NCBI GenBank assembly: GCA_039915165.1
Contig: JBDSNU010000007.1
Location: 16,658 to 80,657, forward strand
Length of the DNA: 64,000 nucleotides
Reading direction: 5' to 3'
Source of the DNA: Minisyncoccota bacterium
GTDB lineage: Bacteria > Patescibacteriota > Minisyncoccia > Phycocordibacterales > UBA9973
A program made the position numbers and the translations under genes. Below the pieces are notes generated by a model. That model did no database searches and was not told where the DNA came from. It saw only the letters and a list, made by a program, of their open reading frames with translations. The number at the start of each line of letters is the position of its first letter. Position 1 is the first letter of the stretch. Positions 17,854 to 27,179 of this stretch are shown one piece after another.

Positions 17854-19044
17854 ATGGAAAAAGGAGAACAACATCAATTATTTCCTGTGGACGAGGTCCG
17901 GGAATTAAAAACTAAAGGCAGTTGGGGAGTAGAGTTTTTTACTTCTGATTACCTTCAATTTGAGTTAGTGCCTATTATCGCACTGCTCGGACATGAATAC
18001 ATAAATGGAGTTAAAAATAACCCCAGCCTTATACGATACATTGAGCGCCACAAAGAGTTCAAGAAAATCAAAAAAGGTGCTATTACGCCAACACTTTTGT
18101 CTTCTTTTGGATTCAAAAAAGACAATGAGTTGTTATTGAAATACGTGAATGAAATCCAACAGTATGCCGCACATGAAGCTCCAAAAACTAAACGTCAGTC
18201 GCACCTGAAACGATTCGCTAAGAACATGTTCACAGAGAAAGATCTGATCAGTATGTGGGGATATGGTTCCATCTGCTTGGAGTATCAAGACAACATTCCG
18301 TCAGAATATCTTCAACACATCAAAAGGTCCTTGGGCGACGCAAGTCCGCATGTTCCAAACTTTTCCCACGCTGCGCGATACATCTTAAATGGATTATCTG
18401 ATCGGTATTGGTATGAAGAAACACATCGTGATGTCATGAAATTATTTCCGGGAGAAGACCCGCGGGTAATATTTGATCTGTTGGCAGCAACTTCTGTTCG
18501 CTCATCAATCGAAGCTAATGCAAAAAAGTTTGCACTGGCCAGGTACCAGTACTACAAAAAAGAGTATCGAGAAGTGACGATCAGAATTGGGAAAAATCCA
18601 AAAATTGTTCAGAGTATCTTTCAAGGCTTTCTTAGTGCAACACTCGTTCACTTGATTGATATCGGTGATGGATTGCATTTATGTGAAGCATCTGAAGACC
18701 TGGGCGTGAAAATCAATGCCAGAAAAATTAAAAACTTTTCTAAAGCTATGATGGGCAGCGTGGATGCTGTCCCTGTTGATATTTGGCTGATGCGAGTATT
18801 TGACACTGACATCAAAGCTCTATACCAGGGAAGGATGCTCAGTCGCTCACCGACACCTAAGCTTTACAATGCATTACATGCTTATTTTAAGATTGTTGCT
18901 CGTGCAACTGGTTTTGAAGCTCGACAAGTTTCTGCCAGTGCTTGGGCAGGCATCAGAGGAGAGCATAGTAATTCAAAAACTACTCGATTTAAACCTTTAT
19001 TAGAAAAGACTCTTAATAAAGGAATATTTGCTTCAGTAGCCTAA
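17854..19044 (+). CDS. uncharacterised 396-aa protein with an Nth/HhH-GPD-like VPVDxWxxRVF segment
   Basis: No family recognised. The segment GVKINARKIKNF...SVDAVPVDIWLMRVF resembles the HhH plus catalytic-Asp region of endonuclease III (AVDTHIFRV). Followed by the terminator at 19046-19079. Confidence 0.4.
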   Translation: MEKGEQHQLFPVDEVRELKTKGSWGVEFFTSDYLQFELVPIIALLGHEYINGVKNNPSLIRYIERHKEFKKIKKGAITPTLLSSFGFKKDNELLLKYVNEIQQYAAHEAPKTKRQSHLKRFAKNMFTEKDLISMWGYGSICLEYQDNIPSEYLQHIKRSLGDASPHVPNFSHAARYILNGLSDRYWYEETHRDVMKLFPGEDPRVIFDLLAATSVRSSIEANAKKFALARYQYYKKEYREVTIRIGKNPKIVQSIFQGFLSATLVHLIDIGDGLHLCEASEDLGVKINARKIKNFSKAMMGSVDAVPVDIWLMRVFDTDIKALYQGRMLSRSPTPKLYNALHAYFKIVARATGFEARQVSASAWAGIRGEHSNSKTTRFKPLLEKTLNKGIFASVA

Positions 19045-19161
19045 ACAAGGCCTCGTATTATAGATACGAGGCCTTTTTCAATATTTCACCTAGTTTGGGA
19101 GCTTTGACAAGATTACATTTTGTGGGGTATTTGATACAATTCAAAAAAAACAAAAGAAAAT

Positions 19162-20322
19162 ATGGGACAAACAAAAAGAGGAGGTATGTTGTACACTCAG
19201 TGTCTCATACCTATTAACAACGTTATTGTATTTCCACAAGTCCGCAAGACATTTGATCAAGAACTGATTACAGAACTTGCCGATGACATTGCTACAAATG
19301 GAATTATTTACCCTCCGGTTTTTGCAAAATTATCAGAGGAAAAATTCAAAGCCTACAAAACAGCATTTGAATTAATTTCAGGCAAACAGCTCAACGAAAT
19401 ACACTTTCCCACACACAAGGGATATTACTACTGCCTTATTGCGGGTGAACGAAGATTTCGTGCACACAAACAACTCTGGGAACACGGTTGTACTGAATGT
19501 AACGCTGTTGCAAAAATTGCCTTGAAAGAATTAAAACCGGGCCAGTGCTACCACTCTCATTACGGGGATAGCCATATTGAGGGTAGGGCATGCCTTAACA
19601 TTGATCCACTGTCAGCCAAATCAATTCAGTTCCGAGAAAATAATCACGTTAAGCCGCCATTTCATGAAGAAGCGGATGAATACGATCATTTTTTCAGATA
19701 TATGCAATTAGGTAACCCTAAATTGAATTTAACTGAGTTTGCAAAAATTGTTGGCGTATCAAAAGAAAAGGTTCGCCGTGCTTTATGGTTCAGAGAACTA
19801 CCTGAATCAGTACAAGATGCAGCGCGACAAGGCTACATCTCTTATTCTAATGCAATTGAATTGCGAAGAATCAATGACCTACCCGCAAGCTTGATTACAG
19901 AAGAAAAGAGGGCAGACCTGTTACTTGAACAAGCCAGTTACTTGTTATTGCATCCACGGATCAAAAACGATGAATATCGCAAACGATTACGTGAGCGCTT
20001 AGCCAATCTGAACAACAACACTCTTTTTGACGTGACACCTTTTATTATTAAAGAAAAAGGTAAGCGAAAAATTGTTGAAGAGCATTTAATTCCTCACTTA
20101 ATGCTCCTTGCTAAATACATTAAAAAAGTTGGTGAACTACAAAAAACCGGCAGTATCGGTAAAGAGCAGATTTTTGCTGGTGGCTCTCCGACAAATCAAT
20201 TAAAAGTGATTACGGAGGAACTACAAACAATCATTCCAGGATTTGAATTAAGTATGGAACAATTAAAGGCAATCGGCCTACTTAATCTTGAAAACAAATC
20301 CAAAACACGTGAAGCTGGTTAA
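19162..20322 (+). CDS. ParB/Srx-family protein (N-terminal ParB nuclease-like domain + HTH) with Cys/His-rich insertion; orphan (no ParA)
   Basis: Box I (FPQVRKTFDQELITELADDIATNGIIYPPV) and box II (LIAGERRFRA). ParB-type HTH (LTEFAKIVGVSKEKVRRALWFRELPESVQDAARQGYISYSNAIEL). An insert of about 70 aa carries C-x2-C, C, H-x-H and C residues. Confidence 0.7.
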   Translation: MGQTKRGGMLYTQCLIPINNVIVFPQVRKTFDQELITELADDIATNGIIYPPVFAKLSEEKFKAYKTAFELISGKQLNEIHFPTHKGYYYCLIAGERRFRAHKQLWEHGCTECNAVAKIALKELKPGQCYHSHYGDSHIEGRACLNIDPLSAKSIQFRENNHVKPPFHEEADEYDHFFRYMQLGNPKLNLTEFAKIVGVSKEKVRRALWFRELPESVQDAARQGYISYSNAIELRRINDLPASLITEEKRADLLLEQASYLLLHPRIKNDEYRKRLRERLANLNNNTLFDVTPFIIKEKGKRKIVEEHLIPHLMLLAKYIKKVGELQKTGSIGKEQIFAGGSPTNQLKVITEELQTIIPGFELSMEQLKAIGLLNLENKSKTREAG

Positions 20323-20334
20323 AACCAGTCGCAC

Positions 20335-20377
20335 AAAAAGCCATAACAAATTAATTTGTTATGGCTTTTATTTTTTA
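20335..20377. terminator. bidirectional terminator (AAGCCATAACAAA/TTTGTTATGGCTT)
   Basis: 13-bp perfect stem flanked by A- and T-runs. Confidence 0.65.
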
Positions 20378-20390
20378 CAGAAACAATTTA

Positions 20391-20750
20391 CTACACCAGA
20401 TAGGGGATGTACTCTTTGTATTCTTCTTTAAACATTTTCAGAACTGTTTGTGCATGCGCGGCATCCATACCTTCATATGCATCTACTTCCTTTATTACCA
20501 GAGTATATGCACGCTTAGTAGCATTCACTCCAATAGAGCCAGCATCACTGTTAAGCGTTGCTTCCATTGGGGCAAAGTGCGGATGAGGTTTGCGCATAGC
20601 CTGATCTGTATCAATTTGTGAAATTGCAGCTTCAAGTTTTGTTACAAGCTGGCTGTTTTGATTGACCAGAAGCCATTCGCTTTCCTTAAACCATGTTGGT
20701 AAATGAGCCCAGCGCGCCGGCGCTTTTGGCATACTTTGAGTTGTCTCCAT
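20391..20750 (-). CDS. hypothetical protein (119 aa)
   Basis: ORF only. Confidence 0.35.
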   Translation of the reverse strand: METTQSMPKAPARWAHLPTWFKESEWLLVNQNSQLVTKLEAAISQIDTDQAMRKPHPHFAPMEATLNSDAGSIGVNATKRAYTLVIKEVDAYEGMDAAHAQTVLKMFKEEYKEYIPYLV

Positions 20751-20820
20751 ATATGTTTTAGTTTTTAATACTCTACATTGTTTTGGATTATTGTCAATAT
20801 AAAAGGGGAGTCGTATGTTG

Positions 20821-21624
20821 TTATCCCTGAAAAGGCTGACAAGATGCGAATGTTCCAGTCGTATATCCTTTATTAAATGCCGCTACGCGCTGTTGAGATG
20901 AGCCGTGGGTCCATGTTTCGGGATTTACCGTGCCATTCACTGTCTTTTGAATATTATCATCACCAACAGCAGATGCTGCATCAAGTGCTTCTTTTATTTC
21001 TCCAGGTTCAAATATTCCTTGATCCTTAATTGAGTTTGCCCATAAACCTGCGAAACAGTCTGCTTGTAACTCATTGTGAATTGAATCACTATTTTCAATC
21101 TGTAACTCATGTTGAATATGATGTCCAACTTCATGCGCAATCACATATGCTTGTGCCACATCACCTGATGCATGGAAACGGGTCTGAAGTTCATCAAAAA
21201 ATGTCTCATCGAGATATATTGTGCTGTCGCCAGAACAATAATGTGGACCAATATCTGAAGTCGCGCCGCCACAAGCAGAGTCTGTTGAACCTCTGAAGAG
21301 CACTAATTCCGGAGGCGTGTATGTCTTATTACTTTTATTAAAAAGGCTGCTCCACATATCGTTTGTTGAACCAAGTACTGTTGAAGCAAATACTTCATAA
21401 CTGTCTGCGCCATCAAAAGCTTTGGTATCAATTGTTTGTTGTTGTACTTGTGTAGTTTGAAGCTGGTTTAATACAGTACCGACATCAACGGTTCCTGTAC
21501 TGAAATAACTAAATAGCGCGTATATTACAACACCCGCTAGACCTACACCACCAACTGCAGTTGGTCCTGCACCACGACGATCATCAATATTTCCTCTACT
21601 TGTTATTTTGCTCCAATCTGCCAT
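20821..21624 (-). CDS. YpfJ-family neutral zinc metallopeptidase (membrane-anchored)
   Basis: HEVGHHIQH motif and downstream ELQADCFAG, typical of PF04228. The start is placed at the MADWSK Met (21624) because the longer ORF would run through a minus-strand terminator at 21670-21710. Confidence 0.75.
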   Translation of the reverse strand: MADWSKITSRGNIDDRRGAGPTAVGGVGLAGVVIYALFSYFSTGTVDVGTVLNQLQTTQVQQQTIDTKAFDGADSYEVFASTVLGSTNDMWSSLFNKSNKTYTPPELVLFRGSTDSACGGATSDIGPHYCSGDSTIYLDETFFDELQTRFHASGDVAQAYVIAHEVGHHIQHELQIENSDSIHNELQADCFAGLWANSIKDQGIFEPGEIKEALDAASAVGDDNIQKTVNGTVNPETWTHGSSQQRVAAFNKGYTTGTFASCQPFQG

Positions 21625-21859
21625 ATATTTATTTATACTACATTTTAGAATCAAACTAAAGTACAAATAAAAAAACCTCCTGCATTCCGTCGCAGGAGGT
21701 ATTCTCTGTATTGGCCGAGCATTAGAACAAGGTCTTTTAGTTTGACCCTCGACCATACACCAAAGAATGTTCATATCATATACGGAATAAATAAATAGTC
21801 AAAGATTAAAAAAACCCACAAGCCTCGCGCTTGTGGGTATTCATCGTTTAACTTTGTAC

Positions 21860-22315
21860 TCATTCAGCTACTTCTTCTTTCTTAACAATAAAGCACCCTG
21901 ATGCCCACTGCGTAAGTTCTGCTTTTAGCAACCAAACAATAATCAGTTCGATAATGTCTCCCTGAGTAATAATTTCTGCAAGAGACCTCATGGACCAAGC
22001 TTTGTCATTATCTCCTTCTTCGGTACCTTTTAGTGTTACATCTACCTTATTAACATTAAGCTCATTAATAGAGAAATTAATCCCGCTTAGGCGGTTTTTT
22101 AAGCAAATATATAAATCATCAAAAAGGTTTCTATCATTTAAGGCGAGGGTGGAACTACCTTCTTCGAAATTATTAAATTTCTCTTTGATAATTATTTCTT
22201 CTCTATTGATGCGACCATCTTTCGTTAGTTCAATAACTAACTCCTTTTTAAAACTCTGTAAGCAGTCCATATATGGAACACCTAGATTAAATTTCAATAA
22301 ATTTTCCCTTTTCAT
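21860..22315 (-). CDS. hypothetical protein (151 aa)
   Basis: ORF followed by a hairpin terminator at 21812-21848. Confidence 0.35.
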   Translation of the reverse strand: MKRENLLKFNLGVPYMDCLQSFKKELVIELTKDGRINREEIIIKEKFNNFEEGSSTLALNDRNLFDDLYICLKNRLSGINFSINELNVNKVDVTLKGTEEGDNDKAWSMRSLAEIITQGDIIELIIVWLLKAELTQWASGCFIVKKEEVAE

Positions 22316-22749
22316 ATTTTTACTATTTTCCGAATACTACGTGGTTAAAATTATTTGTCAATTTTTAGCTACAAATGAGACGACTACTTACTCAAGTCAG
22401 AATATCCGACGTGCTTAAAATCGATTATAGAGCCTCAAAAATGCCTTGAAAATAGGGAAGTGTGAGTCCCCTCATTTGAGACAAAAAAAATACCCCGGCC
22501 TTTCGCTTAGGGGTATTCACTTAAATCAATCTAATTTATGAAAACTATTTCTATAAGCATACTCCAGTAAATCATTTTGTAAACAGGCTGTAAGTAAATC
22601 AATTGAACTTTTTTATATTTGACCTAAAGGAATTGGAATATAAATGATCCAGGCTTAATCCATAGGTCTTTATATATAAAGCTTATTTTATTGATTATAC
22701 GTCGTAAAAGATATATTGTGCGACGTTAACATAATAACGAGGGAGGGCC

Positions 22750-23682
22750 CTATTCTTTTGATACTTGGTATCGTCCCAGACATTTATTAAATGCTACTAC
22801 CTGCTTGTTATAGGAAGCAATATTTATTTGTGATGATGCAACATCGGAATTATATTTTGCAACCAATGTATTAAACTCTGTAATTAATTTTCCATATGAT
22901 TGATCCTGTGCGTGATTTGGATCTTCAATTTGTGCACGCAATGATGCGATTTGTGTCTCTTCATTTTTTACACGAAGATTGAGCGTATTGATTGTAGTCT
23001 TCAGTGTTGTACTCAAAGCAGGACATACTCCCCGTTCAGTACCAAAATGTTGGACAGCGAACCATACAGTGCGTCCTTGATACGTACCTTGTGCAGCGTA
23101 CACACCGATGTCTTGATATGAGGTATTCAAAATATTGGCACGGTGACCAGCGCTATTCATCCATGCTTGAAGTAAATCATTTGCATCAGTGAAATCACCC
23201 AATGCTAAATTTTCTCCCATGACCACATAGTCATAGCCAACCTGATCACCAAGATTAGCAACAGTCTTGCCTGATGGTGATGTGTGTTCAAAGTAATGAT
23301 TTGTAATCATGTCTATTGCTTTAATTTTCGCTGAAGTTGCAAGCTTGTCATTCGTCTTGAGCGGCTGTAAACCTGCCTTCACACGCTCTGCGTTGGTCGC
23401 ATCAATAATATTTTCTAATGATAGTGGTGAAGAATCTTTTACTGTAGGTGTTGCCTTTGGGTTATCTACATTTGTTACAGTGCCCGCGCCTTTATTAATT
23501 ACCGTAGTGATGGCCGATGAAATAGTTTTTACAGGAGCCTCAATCCCCACGGCTTTATTTACAGTAATAACTTGACTGAGCACAGTTTGAACAATCTTGT
23601 CCGCCTGACTCGGCAAAAGTAATGCCATTACCAGCATGCCGAATGCAGCCATTATAGATAGTGAGAGGATTGATTTTAACAT
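22750..23682 (-). CDS. CAP/SCP/PR1-like domain protein (YkwD-like) with N-terminal TM and C-terminal coiled coil
   Basis: CAP signature region HYFEHTSPSG...GENLA...GHRANIL and the conserved HFGTERG tail. Confidence 0.7.
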   Translation of the reverse strand: MLKSILSLSIMAAFGMLVMALLLPSQADKIVQTVLSQVITVNKAVGIEAPVKTISSAITTVINKGAGTVTNVDNPKATPTVKDSSPLSLENIIDATNAERVKAGLQPLKTNDKLATSAKIKAIDMITNHYFEHTSPSGKTVANLGDQVGYDYVVMGENLALGDFTDANDLLQAWMNSAGHRANILNTSYQDIGVYAAQGTYQGRTVWFAVQHFGTERGVCPALSTTLKTTINTLNLRVKNEETQIASLRAQIEDPNHAQDQSYGKLITEFNTLVAKYNSDVASSQINIASYNKQVVAFNKCLGRYQVSKE

Positions 23683-24098
23683 TTTCCTGGGGTGTATCCT
23701 TGGATCTTGGCATCTTCAGCAGTATCAAACCATTGATAGTTGGCTGGCTTAATGCGTTTGACTGCAGCACAAGTCGGGAGGTAGTACTTAGTACTGTTCT
23801 TTGAGCCGACATACTTACCTGCTTGGTGCGCAGTAGCTTCAGCGGAGGCTGACCCTGTCGATGAATTACTTGATTCAGCATGTGCAACTACCCCATTACT
23901 TAATGATTCTAGAGGTATTGACAATTTGTCTAAAACGTTTTCTTTACACGAGAGAGTAACTGGCTGAGCTGATGTACTCTGCTTCCCTTCCAAAAAGCCA
24001 GAATAAAAGGCTGTAACGACTAAGATACTGCCAAAAGTGGCAAAAAGAGTCTTATAATGTCGGTCAACAAAGCCCTGCATCCCGCTAGTATACCCCAA
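23676..24098 (-). CDS. membrane-anchored protein with C-terminal Ada-like Zn-binding (sunset-type) domain
   Basis: N-terminal TM. The C-terminus [37 protein letters not shown] resembles the Ada_Zn_binding pattern YCRPSC...FFxSxxEAxxAGFRPCKxC. Confidence 0.5.
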   Translation of the reverse strand: MGYTSGMQGFVDRHYKTLFATFGSILVVTAFYSGFLEGKQSTSAQPVTLSCKENVLDKLSIPLESLSNGVVAHAESSNSSTGSASAEATAHQAGKYVGSKNSTKYYLPTCAAVKRIKPANYQWFDTAEDAKIQGYTPGKC

Positions 24099-24109
24099 AT
24101 GTCGTTACA

Positions 24110-24138
24110 TTGACAGAAAAAAGCCTATAGGCTATTAT
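24110..24138 (+). promoter_or_regulatory. promoter TTGACA-N17-TATTAT for rpmA, only 9 nt upstream of the ATG (near-leaderless)
   Basis: Hexamers at 24110-24115 and 24133-24138. ATG at 24148. No room for an SD. Confidence 0.5.
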
Positions 24139-24147
24139 GTTAGCACT

Positions 24148-24432
24148 ATGGCACATAAGAAAGCCCAAGGAGCGGCAAAAAACCTAAATGATTCAAACCC
24201 ACAATACCTGGGTACTAAACTGTACGATGGTCAGATTGCACAAGCTGGATCAATCATCGTTCGTCAGCGTGGTACAAAGATCTTAGCTGGAGCATCAGTT
24301 GGTATTGGTAAAGACCATACTCTCTACGCTCTTAAGCCAGGATTTGTAAAATTCCAATCAAAGCGCAAACTAAACTTTGATGGAACTACTACAGTTCGCA
24401 AGATGGTAAACATCAAAGATACTCGCGGCTAA
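24148..24432 (+). CDS. rpmA: 50S ribosomal protein L27
   Basis: [12 protein letters not shown]...[11 protein letters not shown]...LKPGFVKF matches the bL27 fold. Intrinsic terminator at 24433-24465. Confidence 0.9.
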   Translation: MAHKKAQGAAKNLNDSNPQYLGTKLYDGQIAQAGSIIVRQRGTKILAGASVGIGKDHTLYALKPGFVKFQSKRKLNFDGTTTVRKMVNIKDTRG

Positions 24433-24513
24433 ATAAAAAACTCTCATTATGAGAGTTTTTTATTTAGCCAATTCAATAGAATAAGCTTGTTTTGAAATAA
24501 TAGTTCCCTACTA

Positions 24514-24954
24514 TTACTGAACAGAAACCATAAATGAAGAGCTATATCCTTCATCAGTAATAGTCACTTCGTATTCACCGACTTGTTTAATAGGTCCATC
24601 AGTAATTTTCAATAGAGCTGGGGCAATAGAGATGCGCTGGGCATCGAGTAATGCCTTACTAATGTCCACTTCATTTACTTTTGAGAAGAGACTCCCCTTT
24701 TCATTAGCCTTTACCTTATATACCAAGGTGCGGCCATCGAGGCTTTCAATTGATCGATCAAGTAAGTCGTGCTGAATCTTTTTTTCAGTCACCTTGTTGT
24801 GAGCTTTGCGCTGTACTTCTGCGATAGCTTGATCAGTTGCTGGTACAGCGAGTTTTTTAGCAAAGAGTGCATTGCGTGCATAGCCTTCACTCACTTCTAC
24901 AATATCGTTGGTTTTACCCACTTTTGGAACTGACTTTAATAAGATAACTTTCAT
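24514..24954 (-). CDS. rplI: 50S ribosomal protein L9
   Basis: MKVILLKSVPKVGKTNDIVEVSEGYARN matches the bL9 N-terminus. Start set at the internal ATG (24954). Confidence 0.8.
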   Translation of the reverse strand: MKVILLKSVPKVGKTNDIVEVSEGYARNALFAKKLAVPATDQAIAEVQRKAHNKVTEKKIQHDLLDRSIESLDGRTLVYKVKANEKGSLFSKVNEVDISKALLDAQRISIAPALLKITDGPIKQVGEYEVTITDEGYSSSFMVSVQ

Positions 24955-24955
24955 A

Positions 24956-26212
24956 CTATTGGAATGTAGCAGGACTGGCGAATAGGTCAATAGCCTTTTG
25001 CAATTGGACATCAGTTTTGTCCTTCGGGTCAAATGGGATAACAATTTTAGGAGTAAGTCCTTTTGCAGAGATTGAAGTGCCATCTGGAGTGTACCAGTGC
25101 GCTACAGTCACCTTGAGTGATGTATCATCCGTAATAGGAATGACTTGTTGCACAGAACCCTTACCAAATGTTTGCTGGCCAACAAGCACACCGATACCTT
25201 GCTGACTTAATGCGCCTGCCAAGATTTCTGCAGCTGAAGCAGAACCTTGGTCTGCCAAGATAATAAGTTTGTCACTATCAGGGAAAATCTTTGGACCAGT
25301 ACTATTGTGCACACTAACTTCTGTAGGAGTCTTGCCAATTTCTTTTACGATCACCTTACCCTCTGGAATAAATTCACTACCGATCTGCACTGCAGCATCC
25401 AAATATCCACCAGGATTGCCACGAAGATCAATCAATAGCTTGTGGTCACCTGAAGCTAAGTATTTATCCATTGCGCCTTTAAACAACGTTGCTGATTGTG
25501 CAGAGAAACTATATAGATGGATAACAAATACATCGTTACCTTTCATCTCAGTATCAACAGTTGGTAGATCAATTGTTTGGCGAACAATCGGAGTAACAAT
25601 TGGTGCTGCAACGCCCTGTCTCATAAGGGTCAGTGTTACTGTAGTACCAGTTTTGCCTTGGATCATTGACACGGCCTGATCAACAGTAACTGATGAAGTT
25701 ATAGTGCTATCAATTTTTATAATTTGATCACCAGATAATACTCCGGCTTTTTCAGCAGGAGTTCCCTTCAAAGGAGCGATAACGGTCAATATACCGTTCT
25801 TTTCTCCGATTTGAATACCAATACCACTAAATGATCCGGCGATTTGTGCTTGGAATTGAGTATTTTGAGCTGGTGGGAAGAATGTTGTATACGGATCACC
25901 ATATGACGCTACCATGCCCTGTATAGCCCCATATACGCGGTCTTGGGCAGATACAGGAGTTGCTTCACTCTTACCGGGAGCAAAGTTTTGGCTCACAATT
26001 TGCCATGCCTTCCAAAAAGAAGAAAAGTCAGCACCTGTGGCACTTGGGTCACTGGCATGAACAAGGCTAGTTACCTTGGCAAATGCAGGTTGATTACCAT
26101 ACCCAACATATACTCCGCCAAAGAACACTACAGCGACTAATACTATAGCTCCAACAATTCGGAGTGCAGTTGTAGTAAAAAAAGATTTTTTTTGTGGTTC
26201 AATATTATTCAT
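24956..26212 (-). CDS. ctpA: carboxyl-terminal processing protease (S41 family, PDZ-containing)
   Basis: N-terminal TM, PDZ domain, and the S41 catalytic region (LIDLRGNPGGYL, catalytic Ser in LADQGSASAAEIL). Confidence 0.85.
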   Translation of the reverse strand: MNNIEPQKKSFFTTTALRIVGAIVLVAVVFFGGVYVGYGNQPAFAKVTSLVHASDPSATGADFSSFWKAWQIVSQNFAPGKSEATPVSAQDRVYGAIQGMVASYGDPYTTFFPPAQNTQFQAQIAGSFSGIGIQIGEKNGILTVIAPLKGTPAEKAGVLSGDQIIKIDSTITSSVTVDQAVSMIQGKTGTTVTLTLMRQGVAAPIVTPIVRQTIDLPTVDTEMKGNDVFVIHLYSFSAQSATLFKGAMDKYLASGDHKLLIDLRGNPGGYLDAAVQIGSEFIPEGKVIVKEIGKTPTEVSVHNSTGPKIFPDSDKLIILADQGSASAAEILAGALSQQGIGVLVGQQTFGKGSVQQVIPITDDTSLKVTVAHWYTPDGTSISAKGLTPKIVIPFDPKDKTDVQLQKAIDLFASPATFQ

Positions 26213-26444
26213 GAGTTTGTTCACTTGATGCAGTTCCCATTGTTGTATGTACAACACTGTGTTCTAAGTTTCGGATAATAATGCGTAGTGCGCGATAACT
26301 ATTGCGTAATAGTACAGCTAGTGTAATTAAGGCAACACCAATCAATACAGCAATGACTGTTTTCCATGTATTTGAAATGCCAAAAAATGGCAAGAACAAC
26401 ATTACAATGCCGAGCCAAAATAATACTCTAAATTTCCCTATCAT
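26205..26444 (-). CDS. small membrane protein (79 aa, two TM)
   Basis: ORF between rsmI and ctpA. Confidence 0.35.
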   Translation of the reverse strand: MIGKFRVLFWLGIVMLFLPFFGISNTWKTVIAVLIGVALITLAVLLRNSYRALRIIIRNLEHSVVHTTMGTASSEQTHE

Positions 26445-27172
26445 TCCTCTATTGTACCAGACACAGCTGATGGATGGTAGTTCTTGGGACTAATGACGAT
26501 TACAAATTCACCACGAACCTTATCGCTATGATCAGTATAATATTTTAACAATTCCTTCGCTGTAGCTACAGGATATTCTTCAAATGTTTTTGTCATTTCT
26601 CTACCCACCATTACTAAGCGGTCATCAATAGCTTCAGTCAACGCTTCGAGTGTTTTCAAAATGCGATGAGGAGATTCGTAGAGTACAATTGTGTGATCTT
26701 TTTCTTGTAATGATTGAAATAATGTCTGTCTTCCCTTCTTGTGTGGAATAAATCCTAAAAATTCAAAATGACTAGCTGGAAAACCTGAAACAGAAAGTGC
26801 TGCAATCACTGCAGAAACTCCAGGAACTGGTACAACAGTAGAATGTGGATACATTGCACGAAAATGACTAATGAAAAATGAACCAGGGTCAGAAATAGCT
26901 GGAGTGCCGGCATCAGTCACTAATGCAATTATTTCATGTTCCGCACAAGCTTCCAGCGTCTTATCCATTGACTGCGAACTACTCTGCGCATGAGAAGACA
27001 TAAATATTTTTTTATTATTCTCATCTTTTTCAATACCAAGCAGCTTAAAAAGCTGACCAGTAGTGCGAGTGTCTTCAGCGATTACTAATGTCGCCTCGTT
27101 CAAAATCTTAATTGCTCGAGGAGAGCAGTCTGCGAGGTTTCCTATAGGGGTTGCGACAACATAGAGTGTCAT
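26441..27172 (-). CDS. rsmI: 16S rRNA (cytidine1402-2'-O)-methyltransferase
   Basis: LYVVATPIGNLADCSPRAIKIL...EDTRTT tetrapyrrole-methylase-like fold. Start set at the ATG at 27172, because the longer ORF would overlap tRNA-Ile. Confidence 0.85.
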   Translation of the reverse strand: MTLYVVATPIGNLADCSPRAIKILNEATLVIAEDTRTTGQLFKLLGIEKDENNKKIFMSSHAQSSSQSMDKTLEACAEHEIIALVTDAGTPAISDPGSFFISHFRAMYPHSTVVPVPGVSAVIAALSVSGFPASHFEFLGFIPHKKGRQTLFQSLQEKDHTIVLYESPHRILKTLEALTEAIDDRLVMVGREMTKTFEEYPVATAKELLKYYTDHSDKVRGEFVIVISPKNYHPSAVSGTIEE

Positions 27173-27179
27173 ATTTTTG

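Noticed and set aside
20821-21774. Long form (317 aa) of the YpfJ metallopeptidase ORF
   Set aside because: The first 50 codons run across a minus-strand intrinsic terminator (21670-21710) belonging to the upstream gene. Conservation begins at MADWSK. The start was moved to 21624.
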